DNA from: Ginglymostoma cirratum
Taxonomy: Eukaryota
Assembly (NCBI GenBank): GCA_024137785.1
Contig: JAHRHZ010000035.1
Span: 20,696,677 to 20,760,676, forward strand
Length of the DNA: 64,000 nucleotides
Direction of reading: 5' to 3'
Positions 50,620 to 60,976 of this stretch are shown here, piece by piece (the first letter of the stretch is position 1; every line of letters starts with the position of its first letter). Under the pieces are notes generated by a model. The model was not told the DNA's origin, made no database searches, and saw only the letters and a list, made by a program, of their open reading frames with translations. The translations under genes and the position numbers were made by a program.

Positions 50620-51321
50620 CGAGCGATCTAATAACTAACAAATCAGATCAAATTTCTGCAGTCCTGCCACATCCAGTTATGAATGATGGTAAGCAATTAG
50701 CAATTAGACAACTGACCTGAGGAAAAGGCTCCAAAAACATGCCCATCCTCAACAATGGCTTACCCCTAGCATGTCAGAACAAATAAAATAGAGCTGAATG
50801 ACATGCAGCCATCTTCAGCTAGAAGTGTTGAAAAGATCAATCATGGCTTCCTACTGAAGTCCTCAGCATCAGGTACCAGTGTCCAACTAATTCACTTCAC
50901 ATGATAAAAAATACAGCAAATGCTCTGGTCCTTGAAAAAAATCCCAGCGCTAGTACCAAAGGTTTGCGTTCCAGAATTTTTAACACCTCGAGCCATATTG
51001 TTCTGGTAAGCTAAAATATCAGCATCTACCTAGCAATAAAGAAAATTGTCCAGGTTAAATTCAGTCCAGTCAATTAGTAACCCCTTAGCGTACCTTATAT
51101 AATCAACAAAATCAAGGAAGTGTCATTGGACAGTGGTATCAAACAGAACTTACATAACAACCTGCTGAGCTGGTTGGATTCCATCAGGGCCACTCTGTTC
51201 CTGTCTGCATTAGGAGAATGGATAACAGTACTGTATTAAAGCGGTGTTAGCGAGGTGAGAGGAAACCAAGGCAACAGTAACTGACAGTGGCATCCAGAAG
51301 ACACCCAAAACTGACGTCAAT
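50620..51321 (+). mobile_element. Older copy of the same LINE family, left part (interrupted by Harbinger)
   Basis: ctgcagtcctgccacatccagttatgaatg..cccatcctcaa..gtggcatc..aaaactgacgtcaat is collinear with the reverse complement of 48870-49590. Confidence 0.72.
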
Positions 51322-54300
51322 GGGCAGAATCTTATACAGGCCTGAATGACAGATCGGGTGAATTCTTCCTCGCCATCAGGAGCAACACATTGCATTTTCT
51401 AACAAAGTTCTGGGCATCAAGACAAGATTCCCGCCAGGAAACAGTGAATTGCCTATTAAAGAGAATGGTTGCCTTTTAATGGCCTCATTAACAACAGATC
51501 TCACCTCATCAATATGCAGCTTCCTATTCTACCACCCGCCAAGAGGAAACTAGACAGTGGCAATTCCCAACATGAAAGTCAGAGAAGGGACCTCATGACT
51601 CCAACTCATCGCTTGCTCCTCTGGGCAACCATCTTGGACATCCGTTAACAACATCTCAGGACACACTTCAGGGCATAGCTGCACAGACCCTATATCCATG
51701 GCAACAGGCATCCAACAACCGCCAGCCTCTCAGGACCCTCATGCACCTCTCTCACCGCCTTGAGGAATATTTCTGAACTTTAAAGCTGCATTGGCAACCA
51801 GTAAATACTACAGAGATAAGTAAATGCACATAAGGACTGGCACCTAGTCCACAAATTAGATCAGGCTGATTACTTGCTCTCTTAACATTGATTCATTTAG
51901 CACCAATTTGGATGTTCACAACATCCATGCCCTCCTTTTAGCATTATACACACAGAGCCAGGCTGCCTGTCATGTTTATCTGTTGTAGTCAGTCCAGAGG
52001 GCAAATAACTTGCTGTATACCACAATGAGATATCAATATCACAACTAAAGCACATGCCAACTGCCTGTGCGGCAAACACACTGCACAACTTTTCAACCAA
52101 ATAGCCATATGTCAAAGTGCACAGGGAGTAATCTTCTATCTAGTCAGTGGGATTATTACACTATTATAACTATTACCCAGGGAGTCCTGGTACTATCAGT
52201 CTAGGGGGCAGTGCCCATATTGTCCAGGAACTGATCCATAGTCTGGTTGGGGTGATTATGGTCATGGGAGAAATCTGACTATAGTCCAGGAAGTGATCCT
52301 TGCCACTGCAGCAGTCAGATGAACCATGCAGCATCATCCATCAGGGAGGTATATAAACAGCAGTTTCGGATTTGGTCAGTCCCCTCCAGTGTCCTTCAAA
52401 GTTGGAGATGGGATTGGAGAGCAATCAGTCCTGGGGGTCCATATACTGAACAGCAGAGAAGGGGATAGGGCACTTTGGGGTGTGGCTAAGGGGTGGTCTG
52501 AAGAGAGAGGGGACATTCAAAGATGTGGTGTTGGTTGGGGAGGGAAAAGAGAGGAGAAGAACATGTTGGAGGTGGGGGCAAAACCAGTTATGGAGCAAAA
52601 GGTAACATTTAATGGGGGGGGTAAGTGGTACAGAATGAACAGGGCAGTTATTGACAGCAATCACCACCACGGCATCTACTGTTTGTGGGGGATTGGGGAA
52701 GCATGGAGAGAATCCTGGGATTCAGGGGGCAAAGGGGGAAGTTGGAGGTAGAGTTCTGTGTGGTGGGTATCCTCAGGGTGTGGGTGGGGGCAATGTTGTG
52801 CTAACCAGGAAGTACAAGATAAGTAAGGTTACGTGGAAAATCTGAGGTCTACATGCAACTAAGCTGGGCTGACGGTGTCCGTCGTAAACTGTACTCCTTG
52901 GCAATACCTGTTGTTTGTTTGAAGTGACCTGCAACTACAAAATGCTGGGGCTAACAGAAAGGGTGTGTAGAATCAGTGTCAGGTTGTTGGGCAATAAAGT
53001 GCAGGCTTTTCATCTTTGGACAGAAGGGGCAAAGGCATCAACCATGCAAAATGCTGGTCACCAACAGTGTCCACCACATCACTTATCCTTGAAAACCGCA
53101 CATGGAGATCTCTGAAGCAAATGTTATCACCTCCAACTTTAAAAAAGGTAGATACCGGCCATAACCAATGCAGTATTTGAGACTTTCAAGGGCATGGTCA
53201 GGCATGAAGAGGCATGAAATGGATTCCCTCTGCACCTGCGCTTTAACTAGAATGATAGATACTACTCCATGTAATCAGAACTTCCACAGTTGACACAGGG
53301 CCAGGAAGGGAAGGGTTCAGAGCATGCGACACAATCCCAAGAGGCTATTCAGTGTTGCTCAGTGGGTGCGGCACCTCTACCCAGCAGGTAGCTATCCCAA
53401 AGAGTCACGAGAACTCCTTATACAGGCCACACTGACAGACACTCCATTATTTAGAGGAGAGTGTGCAGCACTGACCCCTCTCCAAGCTAAGAAGCTTTTC
53501 TGTTTCATACATTCCAAAACATTGATCCCAGCCAAACTGGAGTCACGGATCAAAACACAGGTGGAATGTCAGTCGCTATGGCTGCCTTGCAAAGGCGGCA
53601 AAAGGCTGATGCAGGAGGAACAAGTTCAGCAACAACCTCGGAAGTGGTGGCCAAGAAGCACCAGCTCAGACAGAGGCCCCAGCTACAGGGTGCATGAGGA
53701 CCACAGGATGGGCAGGTATTTTTTTGCCATCAAATCTATTTCCTCGGGAAGACCGAGGTGCCATGTCAACGCAGCCTTGTATATTCCTGGTTATCGAGGC
53801 AGTTGTTGCACTGTGACTGAGACCAGCAGGCGTGGAGGTGCCATCCTCAACCGGTGGCTATGAAGGTATCTGCCACTTTCAAACAGCAATGTGACTGGTT
53901 CCTTCCATGGAGCAATAGTTGATCTGTGTGAGATCTCTTCCATGCACCCATAAATGCAGCAGGACATCTATGCAAGATAACACCACTTCATTTCCTTCCC
54001 CTATGACATGGTCAGTGCTGCAATCTGGGCAGGATTCAGGAACATTGCTGAATTTCCACAGGTGTAGGGTCAGCAGCATACATCACACTGACAGGACGAT
54101 ATCACAGTACTCAGAATTCATCAAGAGGAAGGGGCTCCGTTACATTAATCTTCAGATGATCTATGATCATTGGTTCCACTTTCTGGAGATGTGTGCCCAC
54201 TACTCTGTCAGTTGCCTTGATTCCTCACTGACACCCAGATCCAGAGGATGAGAGTCGGGCGCAGCAATTGTAGAGTGCAATACAGTCATTGGTCAACATG

Positions 54301-54897
54301 CTGGCTTCTCATTTTCCTTGAGTGTGAACTGCTGCCTCTTCTTAGTTTTGTTTGTGTTCATGTTTGATGACTGCAAATAAACGCGTCCCATACGTGACAC
54401 TCCCTCATTAGCAATGATAGGATGCACATCAGCAATGGGGACAGAGAAGCAATGACTTCGGAGATGTGTAAGGACAAGTAAGCAGTGTGGCCTGGTGATT
54501 GTACAGCAACTGGAAAACAAGGTACAGCTGCATATACCAGAAAGTGTCAACGATGCTAGATATGCAGCATGAGCAGACTTATTTTGAGTCTGCTACACCA
54601 TCATTTTGTCAGTGGAGGGTAACTCCGTAATGCCATTGCTTGGCCAGGAGTCCAACTACAGCTTAAAGATGGCACTGGCACCATGTCAGACTAATCCAGG
54701 CCATCATTTGACAGGCAACTTCTTCCAGCTACCATGAGATGGTGGTATCAAGCTAACATTGGACAAACGTGCACAATAGGTAGTTAATGAGGCGAGTTTG
54801 GACCAAACAGCAAAAAACCCACTAGGCCTCATGGAATGAAGTCCCCATTAAACTTGACATAATTGACACTTAGCCAAAGTATCATAAGATTCAACTC
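51322..54897 (+). mobile_element. Degraded PIF/Harbinger DNA transposon
   Basis: TIR-like ends gggcagaatcttat / ataagattcaactc; transposase remnant EFIKRKGLRYINLQMIYDH..LEMCAHYSVSCLDS (about 54110-54225) resembles the HARBI1-type NRKG..S.N.Q..CD..PGS.HDS motif. The host LINE resumes right after. Confidence 0.78.
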
Positions 54898-55330
54898 AAA
54901 TCGAATTGAAGAGAACTTTTCACAAGTTGGAGTCACACATATCTCAAAGCAAGATGGTTTTAGTTTTTGAGATCATTCAGAGCCGGGTCATTGCTGCAGG
55001 ACTTCCTCAGGCTTCCTAAGCCCAATTATCTTCTGCTACATTAATGACTTTGCCTCCAACGTAAAGAAAGAAGCATGGATGTTCACTGATAACTACATGG
55101 TGTTCAGCGCTCGTTGCAATTCCACAGTTAATGAAGCAGTCCACGTCCACATGCAGAAAAACTGACAATAAAATCAGGCTTGGGCAGATAAGTGGGAAGT
55201 AACGCTCATGCTATGTTACTTTCGTCAATGCCTGGCAGTTGAGAAAACACTTAACTATCTGTCCTAGTCATTTCATTGCATTACCAAAATTGGTACATCA
55301 ACATTCTCTGGGATGCTAATGACCAGAAAC
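54898..55330 (+). mobile_element. Older LINE copy, right part
   Basis: gttggagtca..gcaagatggtt..cctcagg..atcttctgctacattaatgac..gatgttcactgat..caggcttgggcagataagtgg is collinear with the RT of 47776-50600. Confidence 0.72.
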
Positions 55331-55334
55331 AGGA

Positions 55335-55585
55335 GGCAGCATCCTTGAAGAAAAAAATCAGAGTTAACGTTTCAGGTCCGGTGACCCTTCCTCAGAACTG
55401 ATGGTAGCTGGGAAAATGTCAGTTTATATGCAGAAAACAGGTAGAGGGATGGGGTAGGGAGTAAAGGATAGGATAGAGCCCAAAGAGAGAGAGAAGAGTA
55501 GTTGGATAGACAAAGGAGTTGATAACGATCGGGCTAGGAGGGTGAATAGCTGCTAATGGGGGCTGTGACTAACAATAGGTAGTGT
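55335..55585 (-). mobile_element. Penelope family B 3' region/pLTR
   Basis: Matches family B copies at 16478 and 34900; continues at 56506. Confidence 0.8.
55362..55399 (-). ncRNA. Intact-looking minimal hammerhead ribozyme (family B)
   Basis: Minus strand agtt-CTGAGGA-A-GGGTC(accg)GACCT-GAAAC-GTT-aact: perfect 4-bp stem I, 5-bp stem II, AACGUU palindromic stem III. Confidence 0.75.
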
Positions 55586-56505
55586 CTCCATCTCGGGCAA
55601 CCACCTAGAAACAGATGTCCATTTCAAGCCCACTGACTCCCACAGCTACCTGGAATACACCTCCTCCCACCCACCCTCCTGCAAAAATGCCATCCCCTAT
55701 TCCCAATTCCTTCGCCTCCGCCGCATCTGCTCCCAGGATGAGACATTCCACTCCCGCACATCTCAAATGTCCTCATTCTTCAAGGACCGCAACTTCCCCC
55801 CTACAGTGGTAGAGAACGCCCTCGACCGTGTCTCCCGCATTTCCCAGAACACATCCCTCATGCCCCGTCCCCGCAACAATAACCAAAAAAGAATCCCCCT
55901 CGTCCTCACATACCACCCCACCAACCTCCGGATCCAACGCATCATCCTCCGACACTTCCGCCATCTGCAATCAGACCCCACCACCAAAGACATTTTTCCC
56001 TCCCCACCCTTATCTGCCTTCCGGAGGGAAGGCTGCAGGAACAGCAAATCATATTCAGCCTGGGAACCCTGCAGCCCAATGGCATCAATGTGGATTTCAC
56101 AAGCTTCAAAATCTCCCCTCCCCCAACCGCATCCCAAAACCAGCCCAGCTCATCACCACCTCCCTAACCTGTTTTTCCTCTCACCTCAAGCCACACCCCC
56201 ATCTCCTATCTACTAACATCATCCTACCCCCTTGACCAGTCCGTCCTCCCTGGACTGACCTACCTCCTCCCTACCCCCCTACCTACACTCACCTTTACTG
56301 GCTCCATCCCCGCCTCTTCGACTTGTCTGCCTCCTCTCCACCTATCCTCTCCTCTATCCACCTCCCCCTCGCTCCCTATTTATTTCAGAACCCTCTTCCC
56401 CTCCCCCATTTCTGATGAAGGGTTTAGGCCCGAAACGTCAAGTTTTCCTGCTCCTATGATGCTGCTTGACCTGCTGTGTTCATCCAGCCCCATGCTTGTT
56501 ATCTC
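55584..56505 (+). mobile_element. Penelope-like element (family A), 5'-truncated, GIY-YIG region internally deleted
   Basis: Open frame VSISGNHLETDVHFKPTDSHSYLEYTSSHPPSCKNAIPYSQFLRLRRICS..RIPLVLTYHP..PPLSAFRR, then a jump to QEQQIIFSLGTLQPNGINVDF; followed by a pyrimidine-rich UTR and the hammerhead-bearing terminal repeat. Confidence 0.92.
56408..56443 (+). ncRNA. Hammerhead ribozyme motif in the PLE family A terminal repeat
   Basis: attt-CTGATGA-A-GGGT(ttag)GCCC-GAAAC-GTC-aagt. Confidence 0.72.
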
Positions 56506-57190
56506 GTGTAATGGCAGGTTGTGTGGTAACAAGGCCTGGTGTGTGGGGTAGGGGGGTTAGGACATGGGAGAGTTTAGGCCCTAAAATTATTGAACTCGAT
56601 ATCGAGTCTGGAGGGCTGCAGGGTCCCCAAAACGGGAAATGAGGTGTTGAGCTTCGCATAAACACTGCAGCAAGCCAGAGACAGAGATGTCAGCCATGGA
56701 ACAGGGTGGTGTGTTAAAGTGGCAGGCAACAGGTAGTTCAGGATCTTTTTTGCGAGCAGAATGTAGATGTTCAGTGAACCGGTCACCCTCTACACTTCAT
56801 TTCCCTAATCCAGGGTAGACCACATTGTGAGCAGTGAATGCAGTAGACTAGATTCTGAGAAGTGCAGGTGAAGTGTTGCTTCACCTGGAAGGTACAATTA
56901 GGCCTTTGGACAGTGGGGATGGAGGAGGTAAATGGGCAGGTGTAGCACCTTCACCGGTTGCAGGGGATGGCGCCATAGGGCTGTGAGGGGGTGTTGAGGG
57001 TGAATGAAGAGTGGTCCGGGGTGTCCGGGAGGGAACGGTCCCTGCAGAAGACGGACAAGGGAGGGGAGGGGAATGTGTGTCTGCTGATGGCATCTTGCTA
57101 GAGGTGGCAGAAATGGCATCTGATAATCTTCTGAATGTGGATGCTGATGGGATGGTAGGTAAGGACAAGGGAAACCCTGTCGCTGTTGCG
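56506..57190 (-). mobile_element. Penelope family B coding remnant (GIY-YIG endonuclease region)
   Basis: Minus frames VSLVLTYHP..IQKIIRCHFCHL, TFQV..HFTCTSQNLVYCIHCSQCG and LGTLQPSRLDIEFNNFR. Confidence 0.85.
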
Positions 57191-57432
57191 GACTCTATCG
57201 CTGCTGCTACCTGGACTATATATTCTCACTCCCTGCTTCCCATAAATACTCCATCCCATTCTCTCAGTTCCTCCGTCTCCATCGCATATGTTCAGATGAG
57301 GCCAACATTGACAAGAGAGCCTCCGAAACGTCAACCTTTTTCAACTGAGGATTTCCCAGCACCGTAGACGATAGGGCCTTCAACTTGGTCCGACCCATCT
57401 CCTGCACTTCCACCCTCATCCCTTCTCTCCCC
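57191..57432 (+). mobile_element. Inverted upstream piece of the same Penelope element
   Basis: tacctggactat..tccatcccattctctcagttcctccgtctccatcgcatatgttca (YLDY..SIPFSQFLRLHRICS) in the opposite orientation. Confidence 0.75.
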
Positions 57433-57489
57433 ATACTTTGTGTATTTTAATGGTGAACAGGCTTTGGGGATTTAGGAGGTGAGTTACTG

Positions 57490-59915
57490 GAGAGACTTGC
57501 AGGAGCAATAAGGTTATCATAGTAGGGGATTTAAATTTTGCTAACATAGTCTAGGACTGTCATAGCATTAAGAGTTTAGATGGGGTGGAATCTGTTAAGT
57601 GTGTTCAGAAAAGTTTTCTCAAGCAGTATACAGAGGGCCCTACTCAGTAAGGGGCAAAACTCGAACTACTCTTGACAATTAGGGCAGAACAGGTGACTAA
57701 TGTGACAGTGGGGGAACACTTTGGGGCCTGTGACCATAGTTCCATTAATTTTAAAATAGTTATGGAGGGGAACAAAACTGGTCCACAGGTTCAAGTTCTA
57801 CATTTGGGCAAGGTAAATTTTCACGGAATTGGACAGCAGTTTGCAGGAGTGATTTATTTGCAGGCAAAGGAACCTCTGGCAAGTGGGAGGCCTTTAAAAG
57901 CGTGATAGCTAGAGTTCAAAGTCTTTATGTTCCTTTGAGGGTGAAGGCCAAGGTTGGCAGGAGTAGGGAACCCTAATGACAAGAGATACTGAAGCTTTGA
58001 CCAGGAAAGTGGAGGCGTGGCTCAGGCACTGGCAGCTAGGATCATGGAATCCCTGAAGATATATAGTGGATACAGGGGTTTACAGAAGGAAGAAATCAGG
58101 AGGGTGAAAAGGGGGGCATGAGATTGCTTTGGCTAAGAAGATTAGGGAATCTAAAGAGATTCTTCAAGTGTATTAAAGGAGAAAAAAACAACTAGAGAGA
58201 GAACAGGACCCCTCAAGGATCAAAGTGGACATGTACGTGTGGAACCGCAGGAGATGGGAGATGGGAGAGGTCCTCAGAATATTTCTCCTTCGTGCTTACT
58301 GTAGAGAAAGACATGAAGACTTAGTAAAGTTAGTGGCAATATCCTGGGGACAGTCCATATCACAGTAGAGGTGGTGTCAGATATATTAGACAGCATGAAA
58401 GTGGATAAAGTCTTTTGGTCCCAATCAGAGAACCCTGAAAGAGGCTAGAGAAGAAATTGCAGGGGCCCTGGCTGATATATTTGCATCATCATCAGCCACG
58501 GGTGAGGTCCCGAAAGACTGGAGGGTAGCAAACGTTGGGCCCTTATTCAAGAAGGGATGCAAAGAAAAACCTGGGAAATGCAGACCAGTAAGCCCAACAT
58601 CTGTGGTAGGTAAGTTACTTCAGAAGATTCTGAGGGACAAGATATACATGCATTTGGAAGGGCTTGAATAGGAGTAGTCAGCATGGCTTTGTGCATGGGA
58701 GATCATGCTTCACAAATTTGTTAGAAGTGACCAGGATGGTTCACTAAGGCAGGGCGGTAAACATAGTCTATGTGGATTTCAGTAAGATCTTTTGATAAGG
58801 TTCCACATAGTAGGCTGCTCTGGAATGTTAGATCGCATGGAATCCAGGGAGAGCTGACCAATTGGATATACAATTGGCTTGATGGTAGGAAGCAGAGAGT
58901 AATAGTGGAAGGATGTTTGTCAGACTGGAGCCTGTGACTCGTGGTGTGCCTCAGAGGTTGGTGCCCATTGCTGTTTGTTATCTATATCAATGATTTGGAT
59001 GAGAATGTACAAGGCATGATTAGTAAGTTTGCAGATGACACTAAAATAGGCAGTACCATGGATAGTGAGGAAGGTTATCAGAAATTGCAGCAGGATCTTG
59101 ATCAGCTGGGGAATTGGGCCGAGAAATGGCAAATGGAGTTTAAGTACATAAGCGTGAGGTGCTGTACTTTGGAAATTCAAATCAAGGTAGGAGTCACATG
59201 GTGAATGGTAGGGACTCAAGGAACGTAGTGGAAAAGAGGGACCTTGGAGTTCAGGTGCACGGTTCTCTGAAAGTGGAGTCACAGGTAGACAGGGCAGTGA
59301 AGGTGGCTTTTGGCACACTGGCATCAGGGCACTGAGTATAGAAATTGGGAAGTTATGTTGCAGTTGTACAGGATGTTGGTGAGGCTGCACTTGGAGTAGT
59401 GTGTTCAGTGCTGGTCACCTTGCTATAGGAAGGATGTTAATAAACTGGAAAAAGTGCACAAGAAATTTACAAGGATGTTGCCAGGGCTCAAGGGACTGAG
59501 TTATAGGTCTTTTTACTTTAGAGTGTAGGAGACTGAGGGGGGATCTCATAGAAGTGTATAAGATCATGGGAGGCGTGGATAGGGTGAATAGACTCAGTCA
59601 TTTTCCCAGGGTTCGGGAATTTAGGACTAGAGGGCATCAATTTAAGGTACGAGGGGAAAGAATACATGGGAACCTATGGAGGAACTTTTTATACACAGAG
59701 GCTGGTACGCATGTTGAATGAGCTGCCAGCGGAAGTGGTTGAGGTGGGTACATTAGGAAAATTTAAAAGGCATTTGGACAAATACTTGGATAGGAAAGGT
59801 TTAGAGGGATATGGGCCAAGTGCAGGGAAATGGGCTTAGCATGGATGGGCATTTTGGTAGGCATAGGCCAGTTGGGCCAAAAGGCCTGTACCTATGCTGT
59901 AGCACTCTGACTCTA
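57490..59915 (+). mobile_element. CR1 LINE, 2.4 kb from the endonuclease C-terminal part to the 3' end, decayed
   Basis: gtaggggattttaa-type (GDFN) region, VGEHFGACDHSSINF, LLFVIYINDLDENVQGMISKFADDTKIG; tail ctctgactctaa. Confidence 0.93.
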
Positions 59916-60926
59916 ATAAGGATACCAATTTCATGAAAAAGTGAGCGTGAAATGGGGCGGGTACCACATCTTGGGAGTTAGGGATGACACAATACTAATT
60001 ACTTCATACACATTTTGTAGATCTCAGGTGGCTTATACAAGAATTTTCTTGGCTATGATCCCTGGTGATTAATAAAAATTAAGCCATCAGAAGTAGAATT
60101 TTGCCTTCTATAATCAGTCATGAAAAAATTAAGCCCGTTTACACTTTGAAAGATATTTTCAGTATACTCAATAGACAGCATTCACAACCCACATTAACAC
60201 CGCAATCCCCTCAATAATACATGTAAAATAATAAATAATAAGACACTTCCTTCTGACAAAAACATTCTATAGCAAAGCATTTCTGAAAATATCTACAGAG
60301 GGCGCTATTAAGTAAGTAAATACTTTAGTTCTTCAAAATCAAAACACCTCGTCCAGTTCTTAAATAAAACGGTTTTAAGCATTTTAATGCAAAATTTTAG
60401 TTTATTTTGTAAATTTAAGACTAATTTCATTCCAAAAGGCCAAAGTATAACTATAACAGAACGTAGGCTTTCAAACTAAAATATTCACAAATTACTCCCA
60501 GCAAATTTTAAAATAGCATCATGCCCTTTCTTCGTTAACTTATAATTAACAGTGCCAAAGTCCGATGAATATGATTGAAGTGCATGAAACCAGTTTGGTA
60601 TGTGTAACCTTCACAAAACCACCCATGGCTCAGCACTGCTGAAGTGAAGATCTAATTTACAGCTTCTCTCAGGCACTTCATTGCTTTCAACTTCAAGAAA
60701 ATAGCAGAATTATGATGACACTGAACAGAATTATGATTCACAGCACCTGTGGTAAATTACAATACCTGCTTAACAGGCAAATAAAAACAGTTTCCTCATT
60801 TTTATGTGCGAGGGGGGTGCCTTAAATGAGATTTTAAAGGCACAAAACACAACCATGTTTCTTTGTTATTTTCCAGAGCAATTTTATGACATCTTTATCT
60901 CGTAAAATTTGCAATGATAACAGTAC

Positions 60927-60976
60927 CTGTCCACATAGAAAGGGAAACAAAACTTGGTCAATGTCTGCAGAACTTC
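60927..60976 (-). CDS. DENND1A: DENND1A (connecdenn-1, Rab35 GEF) internal coding exon, 50 nt, N-terminal uDENN region (probably the human exon 4 equivalent)
   Basis: Minus strand reads ttctctgttttctctccacag|GAA GTT CTG CAG ACA TTG ACC AAG TTT TGT TTC CCT TTC TAT GTG GAC AG|gtactg = EVLQTLTKFCFPFYVD(S), matching the recalled human DENND1A sequence. Canonical AG/GT with a strong polypyrimidine tract; phase 0 to phase 2. Confidence 0.95.

Noticed and set aside
53324-53863. 179-aa ORF (and the 141-aa ORF at 52326)
   Set aside because: Lie inside the decayed Harbinger; no coherent domain in these frames.
60290-60310. CTCF-like tctacagagggcgct
   Set aside because: Context resembles an L2/SINE 3' tail (..ggcgctat..aa), so it is more simply explained as a repeat remnant.
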